32,000 bases of DNA from Geotalea uraniireducens Rf4 (GTDB lineage: Bacteria > Desulfobacterota > Desulfuromonadia > Geobacterales > Geobacteraceae): NCBI RefSeq assembly GCF_000016745.1, contig NC_009483.1, positions 810,001 through 842,000 of the forward strand. The letters run 5' to 3'. The notes under the pieces were generated by a model. The model was not told where the DNA came from and made no database searches. It saw nothing but the letters and a program-made list of their open reading frames with translations. Both the position numbers and the translations under genes were made by a program. Numbering within the stretch: the stretch's first letter is position 1; every line of letters begins with the position of its first letter. This document shows positions 18,354-26,106 of this stretch, in pieces.

Positions 18354-18755
18354 CTATTCATCGGCAGTTATCTTTACCGCAATCTTTCTCTCCCGCGGTC
18401 CGTCAAACTCACAAAAGTAAATTGTCTGCCATGTGCCGAGCACCAGCTTTGAATTATTAATGAATATATGTCGGGACGCTCCAACGAGTGATGATTTGAT
18501 GTGGGCATCCGAATTTCCCTCAGCATGGATAAAATAAGGGTCGTTCGGAACCAGCTTGTTGAGGAAGTTAACAATGTCCCGCTGTACGGCGGGGTCTGCT
18601 CCTTCGTTGACGGTTATCCCGGCAGTAGTGTGCAGTACGAACAGGTAACAGATGCCGTTGTTGACGTTTGCGCTCCTCACCATTTCCTGAACCTGATCGG
18701 TGATGTCGATGAGTTCGGATCTGGTGCGGCTTTTGATGGTAACATACTTGACCAT
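18354..18755 (-). CDS. yjbQ: YjbQ/UPF0047 family protein (secondary thiamine-phosphate synthase-like)
   Basis: LHTTAGITVNEGADPAVQRD...HAEGNSDAHIKSSLVGAS...LGTWQTIYFCEFDGPRERK matches the UPF0047 pattern. The ATG at 18755 has GGGAGA 6 nt upstream. The track ORF is N-terminally over-extended. Confidence 0.85.
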   Translation of the reverse strand: MVKYVTIKSRTRSELIDITDQVQEMVRSANVNNGICYLFVLHTTAGITVNEGADPAVQRDIVNFLNKLVPNDPYFIHAEGNSDAHIKSSLVGASRHIFINNSKLVLGTWQTIYFCEFDGPRERKIAVKITADE

Positions 18756-18874
18756 GTTCAGTCTCCCATCCGGCAAGAAAAGGGGCGGGAAAGGGGTCAG
18801 CCTACACAATTGGCAAAAAAGTGCTTGTAAAATGTGTAGGTCTGACCCTTAGCGGTATGACCTTAGCTGCAACA

Positions 18875-20206
18875 TCATTGACATGAAGCGGGAATTGTAA
18901 GGCCTGAATTAACCTTGAAGTTGTCAAAATATGAGGTAATAGCCTGAAAGGCACTAACGCTTGCCGCATCTAAATATATTCTTGTTGAACCAGCAATAGC
19001 GTTCACAGAACCAAGGGTTTGCCACCCTGACCCAAAATCATATGAAAATGTCAAAACGTTACCATTTCTGACAACTCTATATTTACCGGTTGTTGCCGTT
19101 GTATTAATTAGGGCCGCTGTGTTTCTGACATAACCATCCGCTACCCATATCCAAAGCTGATCTTTCATGTCAGGGTATCTACTTCTTGTTATGCGATATA
19201 TGTGAGGTTCGTTAGGATTGTCGCCGATGACTACACTCATGGCAGCGCCATCTATATGCCCTGATACAGGACTCGACCATCCCGAACCTATCTCAAAGTC
19301 AACCTGCACATCGAAGTCGCCGGTAAATTCATATTTTGTGCCTACCGTTGGCTGCGAGTAGCTAAGATTGGGCTGTGTTTTTATGATTAACCTTTCGTCC
19401 TGGCCTACGCCTCCAGGTTCAGGGGCAGAATAGCCATAGGTGCTTGCTATCGTCCATCTGCATGATGTATCTACGACAGTGCCATCAAAAGTGTCATTTG
19501 GAAATGCTGATGTAACCTTGAAGTTGTCAAAATATGAGGTAATAGCCTGAAAGGCACTAACGCTTGCCGCATCTAAATATATTCTTGCTGAACCAGCAAT
19601 AGCGTTCACAGAACCAAGGGTTTGCCACCCTGACCCAAAATCATATGAAAATGTCAAAACGTTACCATTTCTGACAACTCTATATTTACCGGTTGTTGCC
19701 GTTGTATTAATTAGGGCCGCTGTGTTTCTGACATAACCATCCGCTACCCATATCCAAAGCTGATCTTTCATGTCAGGGTATCTACTTCTTGTTATGCGAT
19801 ATATGTGAGGTTCGTTAGGATTGTCGCCGATGACTACACTCATGGCAGCGCCATCTATATGCCCTGATACAGGACTCGACCATCCCGAACCTATCTCAAA
19901 GTCAACCTGCACATCGAAGTCGCCGGTAAATTCATATTTTGTGCCTACCGTTGGCTGCGAGTAGCTAAGATTGGGCTGTGTTTTTATGATTAACCTTTCG
20001 TCCTGGCCTACGCCTCCAGATTCAGGGGCAGAATAGCCATAGGTGCTTGCTATCGTCCATCTGTATGATGTATCTACGACAGTGCCATCAAAAGTGTCAT
20101 TTGGAAATTCTGATGCATTACCTGAAGCAGTAAGCAGCAATGTTGTTAATACCCCAAAGGTTACCCAAAGGTTTAAAAATATTTGTGTAAATTTCCTATC
20201 GGACAT
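18875..20206 (-). CDS. Secreted protein with two near-identical tandem 201-aa domains, tentatively a concanavalin-A/LamG-like beta-jelly-roll
   Basis: AAGGAG RBS and a signal peptide (KFTQIFLNLWVTFGVLTTLLLTASGNA). Each domain starts FPNDTFDGTVVDTS.RW and ends AFQAITSYFDNFKV. That start/end pattern is typical of ConA-like lectin/glucanase folds, but I assigned the fold by eye only. Confidence 0.65.
   Translation of the reverse strand: MSDRKFTQIFLNLWVTFGVLTTLLLTASGNASEFPNDTFDGTVVDTSYRWTIASTYGYSAPESGGVGQDERLIIKTQPNLSYSQPTVGTKYEFTGDFDVQVDFEIGSGWSSPVSGHIDGAAMSVVIGDNPNEPHIYRITRSRYPDMKDQLWIWVADGYVRNTAALINTTATTGKYRVVRNGNVLTFSYDFGSGWQTLGSVNAIAGSARIYLDAASVSAFQAITSYFDNFKVTSAFPNDTFDGTVVDTSCRWTIASTYGYSAPEPGGVGQDERLIIKTQPNLSYSQPTVGTKYEFTGDFDVQVDFEIGSGWSSPVSGHIDGAAMSVVIGDNPNEPHIYRITRSRYPDMKDQLWIWVADGYVRNTAALINTTATTGKYRVVRNGNVLTFSYDFGSGWQTLGSVNAIAGSTRIYLDAASVSAFQAITSYFDNFKVNSGLTIPASCQ
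18911..20116. repeat. Direct tandem duplication, 2 x 603 bp, 5 mismatches
   Basis: I aligned 18911-19513 against 19514-20116 by eye and found only 5 substitutions. They lie near 18984/19587, 19417/20020, 19461/20064, 19507/20110 and 19513/20116. The period of 603 is divisible by 3. Confidence 0.95.
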
Positions 20207-20581
20207 TGTTTTTCTCCTTTATCGGACTTTAATTTCATGGAAGGCAAAGAATAAAGTCTAATTTAATTTCAACAAGTCAAAATTGTCTACCTCCTTTAAT
20301 AATTTTTAATATAATTTTAGTTAACGAACTTAGCTGAAAAAAATTAATTTTTCAACATAATATTTCATCTTTTGGTAGCTCACACAAATCTGTGCATAGA
20401 AGTCGGCATAGGTAGTGTCCATCTGGAAACCCTCGTTTTGATGTGACGAGGGGTACTGCAGCCGGGGAGCTACCCCGCTGCCGACCATCCGGCAAGGTAA
20501 TTTCAGTTCGTAGAGCCGTTCTTTCTCAATTCAGGGCGCAGTGATCCCGTGGTCGTGCCGATTTCATCTACCAGAAGCTTC

Positions 20582-21295
20582 TCAGGCCGGGGCCAGCTTG
20601 ATTCTGGCCAACACCAGCAGGTTGCAGGAGACAATCGAGCTCCAGACGTAGCGACCAAATCCCTCCCACCCCTTCCAGGTGCAGCGATCGAGACCGAAGG
20701 CGCGCTTGAGGGTGGAGATACCGGCCTAGATGCCGGCCCGGAAGTTGCGCAACGCATTGTACACCCAGGCACTCTTGGCCATGGCGAGCACCGACAGCCC
20801 CCGCTTCTTGGCGAAGGCAGTATCCTTTACGCCGTGCTTCTTGGCATAGGCGAGGTTGTCCTTGGAAGCAAAGCCGCCGTCGGCCGATACCTGCCGGGGT
20901 ATGCGGCCATACAGCTCCTTCTGGCGCTCAAGCATCGTCTCGTATTGCTCGCTGTCGGCGGGATTGCCTCAGACAATCCGGCAGTCAAGGATCATGGTGG
21001 AAGTGCCGCCGGTGAGAAAGACCTTATGCCCGTACTCGGTCTCCCGCCGCTTTTTGACGATAATGTCGGTATGGTCTTCGAAGAAGGAGACCACTTTCTC
21101 CGAGGCAGGAACCTGCTCTCCCTTGAAGACCCGCCGGTCAGTCTGGCTGATCACCTTCTCCAGCAGGCCGACTGCCCGGGCAAGCTTCTCGGCCAGGACC
21201 TTGCCGGCGAAGAGGTCGTTCAGGCTCTGGCCCTGATGATTGTGGAGCTCCGGAATAGTATCAAGAGCTTCAAACCCAAGGATGGGCCGCCGCCA
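20582..21295 (-). pseudogene. IS4/IS5-superfamily DDE transposase, 5'-truncated and carrying two in-frame stop codons
   Basis: One reading frame reads ...LLEKVISQTDRRVFKGEQVPASEKVVSFFEDHTDIIVKKRRETEYGHKVFLTGGTSTMILDCRIV*GNPADSEQYETMLERQKELYG...ADGGFASKDNLAYAKKHGV...RNFRAGI*AGISTLKRAFGLDRCTWKGWEGFGRYVWSSIVSCNLLVLARIKLAPA*. The internal stops are TGA at 20969-20971 and TAG at 20726-20728. Confidence 0.75.
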
Positions 21296-21482
21296 TCAGC
21301 CGGTGGTGGCAGAAACGATGCCGTGGATTTCATTCAAGGGTCAGAAGCTTACCAACGATACCCATGGTTCCATTACTGAGCCCAACCCTCAGCTCTACCG
21401 CAAGGGGAAGAACAAGGAAGCCAAACTCTGCTACCAAGGTCATACCCTGATGGAGAATCGTAGTGGCCTGATCGTTGCCTAG
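21255..21482 (+). pseudogene. Internal fragment of a second IS5-like transposase, frameshifted and truncated
   Basis: KPKDGPPPSAGGGRNDAVDF in one frame continues after a +1 shift as KGQKLTNDTHGSITEPNPQLYRKGKNKEAKLCYQGHTLMENRSGLIVA*. This is a conserved IS5-family core block that normally continues. It abuts the minus-strand fragment head to head. Confidence 0.55.
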
Positions 21483-21548
21483 GGTGGGCTTTAATGAACA
21501 ACCATATACACTTGTTATTGCGGCCAACGTAGCCCGAAAGAAGTAAAA

Positions 21549-21592
21549 CAAAAAAGCTCCCTCTGTTCACATACAAGGGGAGCTTTTTTTTG
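21549..21592. terminator. Hairpin with flanking A-run and T8-run (terminator-like)
   Basis: AAAAAAGCTCCCTctgttcacatacaAGGGGAGCTTTTTTTT has a stem of about 8 bp with one irregularity. It lies among IS debris, so its functional assignment is unclear. Confidence 0.4.
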
Positions 21593-21636
21593 TTGGTAAA
21601 GCGCAACAGTGTCGTTTATAGCAAACATGCTTTTCG

Positions 21637-22979
21637 GGCTCTGCAACGAATCAAGTGGGTAGAGGGTATAGCGATTTAAGGTTGAGCTTGCCTGCAACCA
21701 GGTAAGCAATGCAGATCAAGTTGTCAGGATTCCGATACCCTCGTGCCCGAGTTTTGGCTGATTGGATGAGGCTGTTGATACCCTCGATGAAACCGCTAGT
21801 CAGCCTGCTGTCAAAATGTGCCAGAATGCCATCCCAATGCTCTTTCACGGATTCTGCCATGTTCTTGATGAGTTGTATTGAGCTTGCGGCGGCCTTGCGA
21901 TGCCATTTGGTCAACAGGGTTTCCGCCTCCTGTCGGCTTGCAGCAAAATAGACGTTCTGAAGGTTTATCTTGTGCATGTAAGCTTCTGTACTCCTTAAGC
22001 TCTGGCTGGTGATAATGGCATCCAGGCGCTGCTCCTCTTCCGGCGTCAGGTTCTCAGGATTTTTGAGGAATAAGTTTCGGCTCTTTTTCAGGATTTCAGG
22101 AAATAACCTGGCTTCTTGAGCCCTTATCTTACTAAGCTTATCGTTCATAAGCTTGATGACGTGGAATTTATCGAAGGTGACCACGGCATGGGGCAACTGC
22201 TCTTTGACACCCTTTATGAATGCCTTGGACATGTCAATAGCAGCGTCTGTGATGCTATCAGGATCGCCGCCATGTGACTTAAGGTCCGCGACGAAGCTCT
22301 TGACTGTTTCGTTGTCCTTTCCCGTCGTGCCGAACAAGAGCTTATGCATGTCGAGGTCGAAGAAGAAGGTGACGAATTTCTCGTCATGACTGCGCCCGGC
22401 AAAGGTTTCATCCGCACCGACCCTCTTCACCTCGGAGAAGTCTTCTGCGGCCCTTGCCTTCTCGACATAGGATTGAATCAACCGCCATAGACGGGTATCG
22501 GTAACGGCAAACAGCCTGCTCATGACCTTCACCGGCAAATCACGAGCCATGGTCATGGCCAGGGCCTCAAACAGCAGCGTAAATCCTGAGCCTGCGCGAG
22601 CCCAGGGTACCTGGACCAACTTCACGCCGCAGTCGCTGTTAGGGCACTTTACCCGTGGAACACGCGCATGAAGGTAGGCTTCGTACTGGAAGAAATTCAG
22701 ATGCCGCCACTCTTTCTCCGTGGTGTCATGGACTGGTGACAACGTTCCGCAGACCGGACAGGGAAAGGTGGCTCCCCGCTGGAAGTCGATGGTTATGTCC
22801 AAACGACTTGACTTCTTGTTGAAGTCAACAGAGGTAACCTTCCACGGGATGGCAATTCCAAGAGCAGCACCAAAAAGATCTTCAGGATTCATATCAGTGA
22901 CTAAACCTCCGGGTTGAGTGATGGGGACGCCATCATACCCCAACTCGGCATACCAACCCACTCAAATCGTCGAAGAGCC
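21637..22979 (-). mobile_element. Intact ISL3-family insertion sequence (1343 bp) with terminal inverted repeats and an 8-bp target-site duplication
   Basis: IRL is GGCTCTGCAACGAATCAAGTGGGT (from 21637). The reverse complement of IRR is GGCTCTTCGACGATTTGAGTGGGT (ending at 22979). The element is flanked on both sides by GCTTTTCG (21629-21636 and 22980-22987). Confidence 0.9.
21651..22892 (-). CDS. ISL3-family transposase
   Basis: An N-terminal zinc-finger block (FPCPVCG...HDTTEKEWRHLNFFQYEAYLHARVPRVKCP) and a DDE region (VGADETFAGRSH...). MNPEDLFGAALGI is a typical ISL3 start. The track ORF begins at an upstream GTG (22961) inside the IR. Confidence 0.9.
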   Translation of the reverse strand: MNPEDLFGAALGIAIPWKVTSVDFNKKSSRLDITIDFQRGATFPCPVCGTLSPVHDTTEKEWRHLNFFQYEAYLHARVPRVKCPNSDCGVKLVQVPWARAGSGFTLLFEALAMTMARDLPVKVMSRLFAVTDTRLWRLIQSYVEKARAAEDFSEVKRVGADETFAGRSHDEKFVTFFFDLDMHKLLFGTTGKDNETVKSFVADLKSHGGDPDSITDAAIDMSKAFIKGVKEQLPHAVVTFDKFHVIKLMNDKLSKIRAQEARLFPEILKKSRNLFLKNPENLTPEEEQRLDAIITSQSLRSTEAYMHKINLQNVYFAASRQEAETLLTKWHRKAAASSIQLIKNMAESVKEHWDGILAHFDSRLTSGFIEGINSLIQSAKTRARGYRNPDNLICIAYLVAGKLNLKSLYPLPT

Positions 22980-23099
22980 GCTTTTCGTTCTATTTACCCA
23001 TTGAATTCCATACATTTTTGGTGTAGTGATGGTTACTATTCAAAATCACTGCCCCTGTCGGGCCTACCTTGTTGTTGCTTCCATTGAAGGGCATATGAT

Positions 23100-23783
23100 A
23101 TGAAACTGCGCAATTGGTTGATAAAAAAGGGACTGAACAGGCACGTTCTCGACTATCTTCTCGTAAGGCCAATTGTTTCCAGATGGTTCCTTTATCCGTA
23201 TGCCACTGATGAGCAGCGAAGGGCTATTGTCAAAACTGGAGACCCGGTGCGATACGGAACATTAGGTTTGGCCTTGGAACAGGTAGCCAAAGATGACATA
23301 CCAGGCGCACTTGCTGAATGCGGAGTGTACATTGGTACCACCAGCAAGTTTATCCATGATAGGCTTCCTGGCCGCCCATTTTATCTTTTCGACACATTCC
23401 AGGGTTTTGATGAACGAGATTCCATGGCAGAAACCGATTTTCGCTTCAGAGATACGTCTGTTCAACTGGTGTTGGACCATATAGGGGATACGAACAACAT
23501 TTACATACGCAAAGGATATTTCCCCGAAACAGCTTCGGGGCTTGAGCATGCACAATTTGCCCTTGTAATGATTGATTTTGATAAATACGAACCGACGTTG
23601 TCGGCTCTCGAGTTCTTCTATCCAAAAGTCAGTGCTGGCGGATTTATTTTCGTGCATGACTACAGCAGCCCTGAATCAGGGTGGGCATGTTCGAAAGCGC
23701 TTGATGAGTTTCTGCTGGATAAGCCTGAAAATCCGATACTGATTCCCGACTCCTGGGGGACTGCTCTCTTTCGCAAGATATAA
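23100..23783 (+). CDS. Class I SAM-dependent methyltransferase, TylF/MycF (macrocin O-methyltransferase)-like
   Basis: IPGALAECGVYIGTTSKFI...RPFYLFDTFQGFDERD...IDFDKYEPTLSALEFFYPKVSAGGFIFVHDY follows the TylF-family layout. The region is AT-rich. Confidence 0.7.
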   Translation: MKLRNWLIKKGLNRHVLDYLLVRPIVSRWFLYPYATDEQRRAIVKTGDPVRYGTLGLALEQVAKDDIPGALAECGVYIGTTSKFIHDRLPGRPFYLFDTFQGFDERDSMAETDFRFRDTSVQLVLDHIGDTNNIYIRKGYFPETASGLEHAQFALVMIDFDKYEPTLSALEFFYPKVSAGGFIFVHDYSSPESGWACSKALDEFLLDKPENPILIPDSWGTALFRKI

Positions 23784-23831
23784 ATCATTCCACTGGCGAC
23801 TGGAATCCAGGTTTCGCAAGGTGAATAAAGC

Positions 23832-24947
23832 ATGTATAAGTGTCTGAGTTATTCCCAGTATAGAGAAATTAAAGTATTTCCTACACTCAATGGAATCAGA
23901 GCGATCAGCGTCTTGTTGGTGATCTTGTGGCATATGAGCGACAAGGCATGGATGTGGTTATCCGGTTATACTGGGGTATTGATATTTTTCGTATTGAGCG
24001 GGTATCTGATTACAACCCTTTTATTGAGAGAAGAAGATAGTAAGTCTGTCAGCATTGCGGCATTTTACGTCCGCAGGGTGTTCAGAATATTTCCCCTATA
24101 CTATCTGACATTGGCTGCATACCTCATACTCGTGTTTGTTCTGAAGGTCTATGACGCCAAGCTATATATCCAGACATGCAATACCCTGCCATTGTATTTG
24201 TTCTATTTTAACGAGTTCCTTCCAACTGTTGCGGTCTATTCTCACAGTTGGTCGCTTGGAGTTGAAGAAAAGTTCTATCTGATCTGGCCGATATGCATGT
24301 TTATACTGCTTCGAAACAGAAGCCATACAAGGATATACCTGACTCTCTTTGCCGTTCTCCTCTGTTCATTGTTCTTTGATCTTTACCTTACTCCTTCTTT
24401 GAATGTACATCATCTTACCAGTATCCTGTTGGGATGTCTTCTGGCGTTTCTCCTTCACGATGCTGGAACCTATAACATCTGTAGCCGACTGATCGGACCA
24501 ACTTCAAGCCTGATGGTAACCATGGTCTTCATAAGCGTACAGTTGTTGTTACCCTATCATAAGATGGTGTCATTGTTTTACCCGTACATTGTGACGATCT
24601 ATATAGCATTGGCAGTCATTTCGACCAGTAATGCATTTAATTTTTTGAGACATAAAGCGCTGGTTTTTATTGGTGAAAGATCCTATGCCATTTATTTATT
24701 TCATGTCATCTGCATAAACATTGCCGAAAGAGTGTTTCCGGTACATTCTGGCAGCATTGTTACAAGTTTTTCGGCGGCGTTTCTAAGCACAGTGCTTTCA
24801 ATAGCCGCGGCTGCCATAGCATATCGCGCAATAGAAAAACCTTTGATAATTATGGGCAAAACCTTTTCAAGATCCATCACCTCAAAAACTATTTCCATAA
24901 ACAGAGCCATTAAGGTGCCAGCCACCACCCTGTTAAAAGATGAATGA
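23832..24947 (+). CDS. Integral-membrane acyltransferase family 3 (O-acyltransferase of glycans)
   Basis: FPTLNGIRAISVLLVILWH is the family signature, with about 10 predicted TM segments and SWSLGVEEKFYLIWP. AAGGTGA RBS. Confidence 0.8.
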   Translation: MYKCLSYSQYREIKVFPTLNGIRAISVLLVILWHMSDKAWMWLSGYTGVLIFFVLSGYLITTLLLREEDSKSVSIAAFYVRRVFRIFPLYYLTLAAYLILVFVLKVYDAKLYIQTCNTLPLYLFYFNEFLPTVAVYSHSWSLGVEEKFYLIWPICMFILLRNRSHTRIYLTLFAVLLCSLFFDLYLTPSLNVHHLTSILLGCLLAFLLHDAGTYNICSRLIGPTSSLMVTMVFISVQLLLPYHKMVSLFYPYIVTIYIALAVISTSNAFNFLRHKALVFIGERSYAIYLFHVICINIAERVFPVHSGSIVTSFSAAFLSTVLSIAAAAIAYRAIEKPLIIMGKTFSRSITSKTISINRAIKVPATTLLKDE

Positions 24948-24977
24948 CGTCAGTCAAAGCAGAAGAACCTTAAAGGG

Positions 24978-25370
24978 TCAGCTTCCTATGCCGATGTCCT
25001 CGGGATGCATGGTCGGGATGAGTTGATCCTGCTGGGTGCAGACACTTATAAAGAGGCGGGCAATGAGGTCGTGCATGATGATGGTCTTTTTGTTGCCGCT
25101 TTTTTCAAGGGCGGACTTGATGGCTTTTTTCAAGGTGTTATCGCCGCTTACTTCGATCAGGATATCTATTTCGTCCCCTTTTTTTACCAGCGTCATGGGG
25201 TCTGAAGTGGTGAAAATACCTTTCTTAGCAGCGACCATGATTCCTTCTGCTGCCGGATTCAGGTCTGCGACTCCGGTAATATTGATATATGGGTATTTGA
25301 GCATCTCATGCAGCAGCGGAGTGCCGGTTCTCCCCCCTCCTATCAAGGCAACGTTAATCTTGTCTGGCAT
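24978..25370 (-). CDS. Small stand-alone NAD(P)-binding Rossmann-fold protein (homoserine/semialdehyde dehydrogenase N-terminal-domain-like)
   Basis: KINVALIGGGRTGTPLLHEML...ITGVADLNP...IDILIEVSGDN is a GxGxxG dinucleotide-binding layout, but the protein is only 130 aa. A strong AAGGAGAG RBS lies upstream of the ATG at 25370. Confidence 0.5.
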   Translation of the reverse strand: MPDKINVALIGGGRTGTPLLHEMLKYPYINITGVADLNPAAEGIMVAAKKGIFTTSDPMTLVKKGDEIDILIEVSGDNTLKKAIKSALEKSGNKKTIIMHDLIARLFISVCTQQDQLIPTMHPEDIGIGS

Positions 25371-25465
25371 TGATCTCTCCTTATCGATGAAATTACATGG
25401 CAGTTTGTATCATTAAGCAATTATAGCAAAGCTGCTGAGCGAGGCAATAGCCGTTCAGCTGGTTT

Positions 25466-25590
25466 ATTCCAATTCCAAATCAAGGCGCTATCTTCGTTGG
25501 CTCGTCTTCGGCTCCTCAACGTACTATCTGTACGCCTTCGTTGCCTCACTCCTCGCCGCCTTGATTTCATCCTTGATTTGAAATTGGAAT
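25466..25590. repeat. Intergenic element of about 125 bp with terminal inverted repeats of about 22 nt and internal direct repeats
   Basis: The left arm ATTCCAATTCCAAATCAAGGCG (25466-25487) is the reverse complement of the right arm CGCCTTGATTT[catccttgattt]GAAATTGGAAT (25557-25590). The right arm carries a 12-nt internal duplication and one mismatch. The interior has CTTCGTTGGCTC and CTTCGTTGCCTC direct repeats and a GTACtatctGTAC mini-hairpin. Confidence 0.6.
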
Positions 25591-25603
25591 TACTTGCCGT
25601 AGG

Positions 25604-26047
25604 CTACTTGAGCCCCAGCTTCTTCAACAGTTTACCGAAATACTTGTTTAGCAGGTGCTCTCTGGGCAAATCTGTAAAAACCGGTAGATCTCGCCAGCCG
25701 ATTCTGTTTAGTTCTTCGGCGATCAGTTGGTTCTTCCCGTGGAGCAGACCATTTCTAAAGGCTTTTATTGCCGCGTGTTTATCGCCTGATGCAAGGTAGA
25801 CCTTGCCGAGGTTGAGATAGTGCATAGAGTTCCAAGGTTCTTCCTCAATTGCTTCCATGCACAGTGTGAGGGCTTTTTGCTGTTCATCCCGTTCCTTGGC
25901 AAGGCATACGGCATAATAGGAACGGATAATCGGGCTTTGTTGCGATGTTATCAGCCGGGAGAAGCAAGCAAGGCCGAAAACGGTATCTCCTTTATTGACG
26001 GCTTCGGCGCCTGTGGCGAATATCTCTTCCTCTGTTCTCTCTGGCAT
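25604..26047 (-). CDS. Small TPR-repeat protein (paralog A)
   Basis: 147 aa with 3-4 TPR-like helices and clear similarity to the adjacent 159-aa ORF, including the C-terminal tail (see findings). Confidence 0.7.
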   Translation of the reverse strand: MPERTEEEIFATGAEAVNKGDTVFGLACFSRLITSQQSPIIRSYYAVCLAKERDEQQKALTLCMEAIEEEPWNSMHYLNLGKVYLASGDKHAAIKAFRNGLLHGKNQLIAEELNRIGWRDLPVFTDLPREHLLNKYFGKLLKKLGLK

Positions 26048-26106
26048 GGTAAGGCATTCCTTGGCAGTTATTGAGCCGGCGTGTTGCCTGTTTCATGTCG
26101 GCTTAA

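Noticed and set aside
20726-20971. In-frame TGA and TAG codons in the transposase frame, considered as possible selenocysteine or programmed read-through.
   Set aside because: The gene also lacks its N-terminal half and abuts another dead IS fragment. No SECIS-like hairpin follows the TGA. Ordinary pseudogene decay is the simplest explanation.
26053-26067. A sigma54-like GG-N10-GC motif (TTGGCAGTTATTGAGC) on the plus strand.
   Set aside because: The -12 element matches poorly (GAGC versus TTGC). There is no plus-strand gene downstream, because the flanking genes are on the minus strand.
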